Shown here in pieces: positions 44,825 through 55,243 of a stretch of 64,000 nt of DNA. The notes beneath the pieces are model-generated. The model made no database searches, was not told the DNA's origin, and worked only from the letters and a program-made list of their open reading frames with translations. The DNA is from Epithemia pelagica (lineage: Eukaryota > Protista > Bacillariophyta), in assembly GCA_946965045.2 (NCBI GenBank), contig OX337238.1:1488001-1552000 (forward strand). Direction: 5' to 3'. The first letter of the stretch is position 1, and each line of letters starts with the position of its first letter. The translations under genes were made by a program, and so were the position numbers.

Positions 44825-47800
44825 CTTTCACCAAATATGATCGAAGTCTTAAACATGGAAGATCATTTTCAATGAAGTTGTGGGCATTCGATCAATCTTC
44901 GTTGCCCGTCACCAACGAGACAAAAGAGCTTGTAAACTGCGCAAGGGCTCTATGTTCATGTCCCGTTCTGGGTATTTACATGAGAGAATCCATTGCATTA
45001 GTGTGGCGTGAGGATGACAGTCCAGCAATGTAGATCGAACAAAATCCTTTGTCTTGGACACTGCGGCATTGCTGCTGGACAGAAGGAAAGTTGCGTCCAC
45101 CATCCACATATGCATGAACGTCCACAACCAGTGCAACCATTTCGTGACGCCACGAGAGACGCGTGAAACCACACAACTGGGAACCAAAAAAAGGAGAAAC
45201 TGGTCCTCTATCACACAGAGGTATAGATTCCTTTCTGACCACCGACCTGCGCTCCACAACACATGCCGCCTTGCGTATTCGTTGCATCGGCATATCCTTG
45301 TGGGCGATGGTGGATGCGCTCTGCCTGGAATCTGGTGTTCCACAACCACATGTGAGACTACGATATTCTTGTCCCGGGCGGTGAATCTTGGTGCTGGCGG
45401 TTCGCCTGCAAACGACCATACCCTTCTTGGTGGAAAGCGTGTGGCATCGCTTGAATACGTGCGTGCTGCAACTAACTCTCGTGAGGCTTGCCGACAGACC
45501 TCATTCGGCTCGACTTCTTGGAGGATTCTAATTCACTAAGTGCTAAGTGGTGATTGCGACTGTAAAGAGAATGCGACAGTGATACTAATGGTTGCCCCGA
45601 ATTTCGTTGAAGATCAGTTCCAGTTTCCAGTCGGATCACTGGGCTTGGTCAACTGTTCGGTCGTCGCATTCTGGTGTTGGGGTCTTGGCAAAGACGGTTA
45701 CTCCAAAAATACTGTGGTGTCTACCCTGTGACTACTGCGTTGAAATGGATAGCATGTTCGACTCAAATCATTCCACCAATAACCGCTCGTATTCCAGGGA
45801 AAAACAACTGATACGAATCCTGATCCAATATTTTTCGTTTCCGTTAAGGTTAGGCGGGGGAACAGACATTATTTCCACAGGGAGTTGGGAGAAGGATTGC
45901 TGACAGCCCTGGAATTGTGCCAATCACGGGGCAACCCTACAAGTTGCTGGAACTTTGACACTTGACACGCCCCGTAAGAATTGTATGGGATATACCAGGA
46001 TCGGAAGACATCATTACAGTTCTAATGGGGACAAACGAATAGATTGACCATGATGTCTTGCTGGATGACAGCCCGTCGGTTCAAAATGTGTCATATGCAT
46101 CTTCCAGTAGTTCAATTTCACTGGCAGTTTAATCATGGCTTTCCCCACATGATGCCCTCTTGTAGTCGAGTCTATTCGGTGTTCGGTGATACGTCATGCC
46201 AGCGAGATGACTATGCAGTGCTGGAGTCTGGAGTGCGTACTCCTATCACCAGCAGCACTTGGTTCTGCTGGTAGCATTCATAGTTGAGGAAAACAGTTAA
46301 ACCACTCGATCGAAGAAGAGACAAGGTCGCGTGAGTAGGAGAAGGTTCAGGAGTAGCTAAGGCTTCTTTTTCTTCGAGAAGTAGAAGCACCAAAAGTCAC
46401 GAACTTCGTGGGTGAGTGAGAAGTGTAAGACGCAAAGTGTGTAGTTGTTTTCGGGTTTCGACGCCGGCTCACCCTGCGCGAAGTATGCTCAGTTCCCCTT
46501 GAACCAAGACAGAGCTCAGTGCTTCTGGAATCTTCTGGAAACTACAGCAGACAGCAGACCTTTCGGGTTTATGGTTTATGATGAAAAGATGAGCATGATT
46601 TTTTATGATTTCGACATAAGTCATAATTCATAATAATATCCCTCCGTATCGGTGACCACCTCTAAGTCGTATGTACGTCGTCCGCAAACTGTCCCCCGAA
46701 TGGAGATTTTTTTCTCGATTCAACTCCTTTTTTCCATAAAAAATCAGAAAAGAGACGCCGGTATTTCCTTGTCACATTTCAAATCAGTTTGAGCGGCCCA
46801 GCGTGCATGACGGTTGCCGTTGGTGGTTGGTGCACGAATTCCGCACCAACTCTATAAAAAAACAAACCTCCATTACAGCGGCCATGTCCATGGCAATTCT
46901 GGCAATGGCATGATTTTTCAGCTTCCATGCAACCCAGGTACGTCAAGAAAGACAGAGCTGCGAGTGGGCTAAGGATAAACATCTCAATAGTCCCTCCCTG
47001 TTGTTTTTGTTTGCATACACCCCATGAGCCCCATTTTCTGGACTCGTTGCAACGTCTCACTTTTCACCAGTCCAATTTTGCCTGTAGTCATAGTGATTGA
47101 TTCATTTGTAGCCCTTTTACTCTGATGCTAGTCTAGGTAGAATTCCTGTTCTTTATATCATCATAGGGGTAAATATCAAGGTCAATGGTGGTGTGTCCTG
47201 CTCTACCAGGGGTTCTCTTGTGTCTTTTTTCTTCTCCTTCTCCTTGTCTTCACCTTGAAGAAGATACAGCAAACACTAAGAATTTGTCTCAGCGAGCAAT
47301 AGGGTAGAAAGAAAGTGGTGACAATCACTTGCATGTAGTTTGCCATCTACAACTTGGATTGCTACTCCTAAGAGTAAGAAGAAACCATATCGTCCCCTAC
47401 CTCGTAGACAACTCGAACCATGGATGTGACAAGCCCTACAATGAGAAAATGGGCGAAAACACTATCAATCTATGATTCCTAATAAGAAACAGAAGGCACA
47501 AACAACAACTGAAGGAAAGACGCGCTCTGTCTACAGTCTACAATGATTCGTCCGCGGTTCATGTGCCATGGCCGTAGGGGTAGGTACCGTGATAGGGCAT
47601 AGGGCCCTCCAGATTTTGCTCTCACGATTTTTATGAGCTGTCGCTCGCGAGCGTCTGGAATTTGAATCGTGTTGATCAGAGGACGCACGCCAACCTTCAA
47701 CTGTCACTTGCACGCCGGCCATTCTACATGACGATTTGCTTTTGGGAGATTTCATGGGGGAGAAGGACAGAGTTCTGTGCGGACGACGTACGTACGGTTT

Positions 47801-48683
47801 AGAGGTGGTCACCTATACAGAGCCTATTCATCTGATTAGATGAATTGTATTCCTAAGGATTAAGAATGCTCGAGGATGCAAGTTCGTCGCGTCACCGACC
47901 TTCGGCCTGACGAGTGACGAGACGCGTTTGACGAATTACGAACCTATGACGAACTGGATGAAAACACGTCACCCCTGACGGAATGGGATACCCATCACCA
48001 AGACATAAAGGACCATGGAACTAGGAGTAATATGTAATTTCTAAGGTAATGGATGTATGGCATTTACGATGGGCAAGGGTTCTACCTAGGTTGGCTGGTC
48101 GTTTCTCTTTTGGATGACCTCTGGCGTCCCGCGGCTCGTCATCGTCTGTCATCACCATCTCCATGTCGGTAGGAGCAGGTGGCTCAGGCTCACCTTCATT
48201 GTCCTTGGCATCCATGTTTCACGTTTGAAACTGTTTTTGTGCTTCACTCGTCATATCTGATCACTAAATAGAACCTTGCCGAAGATAAAACGAGCTTCTA
48301 TTATTTCTACTTTTCGTCAGTGTCGCGTTAGGGATGATGGGTAAACGTGACATGACGCGTTTCTCGTCACGTCCGCTGACGAACTGGATTCGTGACGGCG
48401 TCACAGCTCGGATATATTTGCTATTGCTAATAGGAGTAATTGATAGGAGCAATAATTATTGATACGTACTCATCTCGTACTGGTAGTAAGAACTTAAAAA
48501 TTCTCCCATAAAATATTAGCTATCTATAATAATATGATCTATGCCCCGTCCCTGGAACAAGAAACAAAGATTGAGCTTTGATTATTCACCAGAGGTAGGT
48601 GTTAGGTGTAGGTAGTTTTCACTAGATCCACTCGATACTCGATGTACGGGAGAAAAAAACGAAGACCACAGCCTTTATATTTG

Positions 48684-48722
48684 GGTTGGAGGTTGGGGAC
48701 GTTGGAGGTTGGAGGTTGGAGG
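48684..48722. repeat. (GGAGGTT)n heptamer array, left flank of the hAT element
   Basis: GGTTGGAGGTTGGGGACGTTGGAGGTTGGAGGTTGGAGG; continues at 57669-57690. Confidence 0.9.
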
Positions 48723-49090
48723 CAGGGTTTTGAATTCCGAATTGAGATTTTTTCTAATTCCCAAAATTGGGAAGAAATTTAAGCGAAATTCCTTTATTTC
48801 CGCCTATTTCACCGTCCATGAAATCCCAAATACACAATTTTAGTTCATTTTGACAGTTACGACAAGGAAATTTCCTATTTTCCCTCCATTTTCCCCACCC
48901 CTCCCCTCACAATTCCCAATTCCCAATTTCATTTCAAGTACTGTCTTCGACAATTCTGAATTTCCATTCATTTCCTCCCCACGTATTTCCAAATTCCCAA
49001 TTTCATTCCATTTCGCCATTCCCTGCAATACGAATTCTCTATTTCAATTCAATTCACATTTCCCTAGCATAGAATTCTATATTTCCTCGT
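48723..49090. repeat. hAT left TIR and subterminal (C)AATTCC(C) motif cluster
   Basis: Many AATTCC/ATTTCC motifs, mirrored as GGGAATTG at 57260-57660. Confidence 0.8.
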
Positions 49091-50214
49091 ATGTCTTGTA
49101 TTGCCGATCCCAACCATACAAAATCTCATAGTGACAAGATACATCGTCTCCTCGTATATCAGCAACCAACCAGCACCCCTTCGTACTCTTTCTCCTTGGT
49201 CATTGACCCACAGCAAGAAACATCCCTGATCCTTTCATCTTTCCCCTCATGCTAGGACGCACATGTCTTCATGCTTGTATCCTGGTTATTCGATCCATCA
49301 AAACAATCTTCAAAGCCCAGTTTCTCTATCGACTTTGTCTGATTCCACCATGTCAAACAGCAACACAAACAACTCGTCCCAGTCACCTCCTTCTTCCCAA
49401 AACAACGCAAACAATTTGACCCAAGTAACCCAAGCCGACTCAAACAACAATCAAAATGTTGCTACAGTTCAAAATGAAGGATCTTCCTCTACCGTTGATG
49501 GTGTTGATGACAGTGACTTAGCTGATCCGGTTGCAGAGGAAGTACAAGAATTGTTCAAGAAAGAAAAATCCTATGTCAAATTCCGAGACCCACCAAAGAA
49601 ACATTTCAAGAATCTCAACTCCTATTGGGGGAAAGTTGATCATCTTGATTTCACCCACCTTGTTAAACAACGACAGAAAATCCCATCACAAGAACTTGTT
49701 CCATACGAGGGCCTGATCAGATACTTTGACATGATAAGACAAGCCTCCCGTGAAGATCAGGAAGCGCCAAAATCGACATGGGGATCAATCTGTAAACGTC
49801 TGGTTGTATGTCCCATTTGCTTCAAGGACCCAAACGCCTCCTTCTTACAGTCCACTCTTCTCTGTGGCACCCAGCCAAAAGGTGTGTCATCCAACGTTGG
49901 ACAACACCGACGAGACTTTCATCCGAAGCTCGTCGAAAAGGAAGAGGAAGAAGGCATTCAACACCCGACGAATGTGGAAAGCAGCCAGTCGCTCATGACA
50001 TCATACAAAGGGGCGACCATGCTATCCAAAGAAGAGGCCCGATCCAAATTTAAGGAAGCAATCTACAGGTTTGTCAATGACAACGGCCTTCCTACATCGA
50101 CCGTAGAGAAGGAAAGCTTTCGGCAGCTGCTACAATTTGCCATACTGCAGGGCCCAAAATTATCCAAGAATGACGCAGTAATGAGCAATAAGGCCATTAC
50201 GAAAATGCGACTTA

Positions 50215-51698
50215 CTCCCTCCGGCTCTTTTTTATCGCACGAAGTTTTGAAAAATGACATAACGTCTCGAGCGCCAGCCCGTTGGCGCTAAAAATTATAT
50301 AGATCGAAAGCTCTTTACAAGACCTACATTTCGATGTATAATTTGTATGTTCGATCTCTCATTCCTGGAGAGTTGTGGGCAACTAAAACAGGAAAATTGA
50401 CAAAGACAGACTTTTGCGTACCGGTTCTTGACCCCCAGGCCCACCCAAGCCATGCCACCTTCAGGGCAGGCCCGCAGGGGTGCAAAGTACAAGGAGTTAC
50501 GGTCAGAAGACCGTGGGCGTGCGATTTCCATTCTCATGGCTTCTTGCCAGAATGGGTCCTTGCCCAGAGGTGCTCTTACATCCGTCGCCAAAATGTTTGA
50601 TGTGCACCCCTCCACCATAAGTAGATTGTGGAAGCGTGCCAAGCGCACACGTGCCGAGGGCGTAATTCATTCGCCCGAAATTTCATCCGGGACAAGCTTG
50701 CGCGGACGATTTCGTATTTCTTCTTCTCCTACGGTTAGGGAAACGGTTAAATCCATCCCCCTCATGATGCGTCGATCTCAGAATCAACTCTCCGCCGTTC
50801 TGGGTGTGGCAAAATCCACGGTGCAGCGATGGATCAAGAAAGGCACTCTTCGATCACACACCAGTGCTTTGAAGCCATACCTGACAGAAACCAACAAACT
50901 GGCAAGATACCTAATGGCAACTTCATTCATCAATCCCCAGAAACCCGGTGAGTACCAAGACATGATGGATATGATACATGTGGATGAAAAATGGTTCCAT
51001 GTTTCAAGGGATGGACAGCGCTTCCTGTTGACAGACGATGAAAATGACCCCCTGAGAACCTGCAAACACAAAAGCCACATCACCAAAGTGATGTTCTTGT
51101 GTGCAGTTGCTCGTCCTCGCTTTGTTACAGCACTGAATCAGTGGTGGGATGGAAAACTTATGGAAAACATATGGCTTACCCTCCAGTCCTGTTTCAATCA
51201 AATAATTGAACAGGAAGGAGGGAATGACTACAAGATTCCACATATGAACAAACAGGGCATGGAGAGAAGGGGGGAGCTTCCCCATGTGCTGCAAGTCACA
51301 GACGCTCTCTCCAGCCCTACAAGCAGCAATCTGCAAGAGTAGAAACTAATCCTATTAGTCCTACAGAATACCTGGTTGACCTCCAATTGAGCAAGGAGGC
51401 AACCAGGGGCTACGGCCAATGATTGTACCCATAGGATAGATCATTGTGTATTGCGTTGTTGTTGCTGCTGCTATTCGTGGTTTTTTTTGGTGGAGGGAGA
51501 TTGCTGAACCGTTGAGGAGTGAAGATTGAAGGAATGGATAGATTTTGTGGCACGTGTCACAGGGTATGTTCATCTCTAAAATTCGACTCCGAATGAGCCG
51601 GCCATCCTCCTGTAGAAATGTACCAGGTCCTACGACGGGTGTTTATGCGACTGATTTTTAGAAAAAAAATTCGTGCGATAAAAAAGAGCCGGAGGGAG
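50215..51698 (+). mobile_element. Nested Tc1/mariner element (plant-type DD39D/Stowaway-like ends), 1,484 bp, internally deleted
   Basis: Perfect 29-bp TIR CTCCCTCCGGCTCTTTTTTATCGCACGAA; TA duplication at 50213-50214 and 51699-51700. Confidence 0.95.
50452..51342 (+). pseudogene. Mariner transposase lacking catalytic D2/D3
   Basis: HTH VAKMFDVHPSTISRLWKR; IHVDEKWF; KVMFLCAVARPRF..WDGK fused directly to WLTLQSC..GGNDYKIPHMNK; the QDNA and SPDLN segments are absent. Confidence 0.85.
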
Positions 51699-52178
51699 TA
51701 CTTCCTATAATTCGTTCATGCGGACCATTGCCATGTTGGGTAGAAACATTCGGAATGCGTACAAGGCACTCTGCGGAAAGGCAATTCCCTTTGGAACAAT
51801 TTGCCATGATATATGGCAAGGGCACAGGAAAGATATCCTGGGAATATGCATTTTCCTGGTTGACCCAAGGAACTGTGCAATGTACAGGATCCCTCTGGGA
51901 TTGTGTGAAGTAGCTGGGCATTCTGCGGCCGCTGTCGCAAAGCACACCCTGGATATACTAGGATCGGTTGGTTTCACACAACGGGATTTGTCTTCGTCAG
52001 TGAACGATAATACGAATGCTGCTGTTTTAGCAGGAAAATATATCGTCGGTAATCAGACCGGCGGGAAATGTGACATGCACCGTGCTGAGTTGATCCTGAA
52101 ACACGGAACTGGTATTGCTGTGCGGCGCCGTGGTGGCTCAATTCAGGACGAGTTCCCTGACTTTGTCAAAGTCTACTA

Positions 52179-52549
52179 TAGCTCCTCGGAATTGAAGTAG
52201 GATTTTCGTCTAATATAGCCTTATATTGCCCACGACGGCCGCGCTCTCATACGCGAGCAAGTGCGGAGCTAAAAAAGATAGTGCGGAGCAAAAAAAACAG
52301 TCCTGGGAAAAAAGTGTGACAGTGAATTAGGGGGGGACTCGGAGGTTATAGAAGCAAGCAACATCCCCTCCTGGTCGTGGGGGCACTTGTCGGGGCTATT
52401 GACTCCTCGGCGGGCAATAGCTCCTCGTCGTGGACCGCCAAATCCGCTGACGCAGATTTAGAAGGCGGTCCACTTCTCGGAGCTATTGCCCTTCTCGGAG
52501 TCAATAGCCCCTCCTCGTGCCTCCCCACTCCGCGGAGCGGATGTAGAAT
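52179..52549. mobile_element. 371-bp foldback insertion flanked by TACTA direct repeats
   Basis: TACTA at 52174-52178 and 52550-52554; removal restores VKVYYKAALKL; 152-nt rod-like hairpin at 52377-52528. Confidence 0.85.
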
Positions 52550-52813
52550 TACTACAAGGCCGCTCTCAAACTTGTGGCATTGGTAATGAACAAGCGTACC
52601 AAAAAGTTCGAGGAAATTCGCCAATATGCAGCAAAGCACAACATGGTCGTAATCGAATTACCCATTCCAAATTCTACCCGTGTCAATGGTTGTGTGATCA
52701 TGTTCCACGGTCTGTTGAGAATGAAGTTTGTTTTTGATTCTTACTACGCTAAGGAATCTCCTGACAATGAGTTTAAGCGTGGCTATCTAACAAAGCAACA
52801 GTGGCAAGCAATT

Positions 52814-53387
52814 GCCAAATTTGAAGCAATACTGGCTCCTCTAAGGCATTGTGCCATGACTCTACAATCAGATGACCCATCATCATCTGCCGGTTCCTTG
52901 TTGGAGATTTTTGGATGCAAACATGGTATTGAATGCCATAAGAAAGAAGGTGTTCGAGTGCTTACTGTCAATCCATCGGATGACAACCTGGATTTCCAAC
53001 GATGGGATGCAAAGCCAACCATAGAGAAGCTCAAGGGAAAGCGAAACAAGATCCAGTATGCAAATCTACTTGCCTCTTCCAAAGTCTTAATCAATCGCCT
53101 GCCAAATTTGAAGCAATACTGGCTCCTCTAAGGCATTGTGCCATGACTCTACAATCAGATGACCCATCATCATCTGCCGGTTCCTTGTTGGAGATTTTTG
53201 GATGCAAACATGGTATTGAATGCCATAAGAAAGAAGGTGTTCGAGTGCTTACTGTCAATCCATCGGATGACAACCTGGATTTCCAACGATGGGATGCAAA
53301 GCCAACCATAGAGAAGCTCAAGGGAAAGCGAAACAAGATCCAGTATGCAAATCTACTTGCCTCTTCCAAAGTCTTAATCAATCGCCT
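52814..53387. repeat. Tandem duplication, 2 x 287 bp, inside the hAT transposase (frameshifting)
   Basis: GCCAAATTTGAAGCAATACTGG..AATCAATCGCCT at 52814 and 53101; the copies appear identical. Confidence 0.95.
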
Positions 53388-55243
53388 ACTAAGGGAGTTC
53401 CGAACATACATGATGGCCGGCGACGACGTCCATGCAGAGAATGCGATTTGCGGACACCCCTTCCTATGCGCAATGGCACCCAGTGTTCTACAGTCAATTT
53501 CTATTTACAACGCCAACGATGTTGAGAGGTTGAAGAAGAATTTTGTTATCGACATGGTGACAAAATTCTATGTTCCAAAGAGATCTGGGCAGCCAACAAC
53601 CCAGTCTAACGTGGCAAGAGCGGTGGCAGAGGGTGAAAGCCATCCTGAATCAGAGTCAGATTCGGATGATGACAGTGTTGTTGGTATGTTTAGTATCTTT
53701 AAGAAGCATAACCAAACACAGGAGTTGGCTGCCACGGTACTGCAAACCTATCAAGCGGGACAGAATCCTACCCCTGCCCCTGCTACACCAGTCACTGACA
53801 AGGATAACTTGTACACCGAATGTGAGAAAGAATTCAACAGCTACAAAGACTTCTGCAATCGAATGATTGCCAAGAATTGGGAGAAGTTGATCCGGGAATA
53901 TCCAACGCCTTTGTTCTCAGAAGAAGAGCCCAAATGGACCCCAGCCGAGAAAAAGAAGTTCGTGAAAGCATGCAACTCAACCGAGTTCAATAGGGTGAGC
54001 AAGTATTTTGATGTTCTTAAATGGTGGTCCGTGAACAAGGGCAATTTCAGCAAAGTCTTCCCGAGTGCGATAATCTGGTTGTCAAAGCCGTCCACAAATG
54101 CATTCCAGGAGAGGATTTTTTCTTCTTCTTCCTGGTTTGACAGCAACCGGCTAATGCGTCGTCAGAGCAAGAAGCACTTTGAGGTCCGAACAATGGAACT
54201 GGTCACGCGCAAGGTGAGAGAGGAAATCAAGAAAAATGAAGAACTATTAGAGGGGAACCAGTGGAATCCCATTACAGTTGAGGACAATGAGAATGAGCAG
54301 GAAGAAGAACCCGCGTCGGTCCCCACTGATCAACAAACAAGTGCTGCTGCTGGGCCTGTGGACGATGTAGCTCGTACCAATAATCAACAAACAAACAACG
54401 CTATTGCCATCGCTCCCATTGAGGAGGGTACTGCGGATGATGATGAGGTGGCAGTGGTGGAAGATGATCGAGATTTAACAGATGGAACATTCAAGGGTGA
54501 TATGAAACGACTTGAAAAACTGCTCAAGGGTGTTGAGACTATGGACAAGCATCATGAGTCAGGAACCGAAGGACTCGAGGGGGTCATAGGATGCGAGTAT
54601 AAGTTCAAGGCAAGCGACACAGATATGGACAAAGAAGAGACTTACGATGAAGTGGAACTACTAGATCTCGTGGACAAGAATGACGTGGACCAAATGTCAG
54701 TCATGGGTAGATTGAAGAGAGACGATGACCCATTTGCTTGTGACGATGATTCCTGCATCATCGAAGAAATAGAAGAACAGCAGTTCTTCTTTAAGGCGAC
54801 CATGAATGTCACAGATTCGTCATTGCCTGGAGCTTCGGGCCAGGTCACGACTATGTCCACAACAGCTTCTAAGGGATCAAACTCGGGCCAGGACACAGGC
54901 AATCAATCTGTTAAAACTCCAGTAACAAAATCGTCCAAGAGAAAGGCAATCGGCAGTGGTACCAGGTCTGCAAGTTCCAAGAGTTCGAAACGGATGCGCC
55001 AGCAGTCCATTGGTACCATTACAACCAGTTCCGGTCGAAAGACGAAAGGATCTTCTAAAAAGGCACCTCCTGAACATCGAATGCAACAAGAGCAACAACA
55101 GGAACGACGAGTGAGTCCCCGGAAAAAGGACAAGTAAAAGTCCAAGTAATTTCAGACATGCATACCCTAAAAATCCAACTCCATGACGAGGATTGATTAA
55201 AAGATAATGAAGTAGTGAGTAGTTCCATGAAGCAATTCCATTA

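Larger units (their letters stand above)
49263..55137 (+). pseudogene. hAT transposase, interrupted three times; reconstructs to 1241 aa
   Basis: BED-like CPIC..HRRDFH; ICHDIW (D1); SVNDNTN (D2); KCDMH (CxxH); LKWW..LSKPSTNAFQERIFS (E, dimerisation domain). Segments 49263-50214, 51701-52178, 52555-52813 and 53101-55137 sum to 3726 nt, in frame. Confidence 0.92.

Noticed and set aside
44900-47820. Many 60-160 aa ORFs on both strands
   Set aside because: No recognisable domain in any frame examined; probably decayed or intergenic sequence.
48684-48722. Telomeric repeat
   Set aside because: Unit is GGAGGTT, not TTAGGG-type; only a few copies and internal to the window.
52179-52549. Hammerhead ribozyme/retrozyme or Helitron identity for the foldback insert
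   Set aside because: No CUGANGA plus GAAA core found on either strand; lacks 5' TC and 3' CTRR ends and has a TSD.
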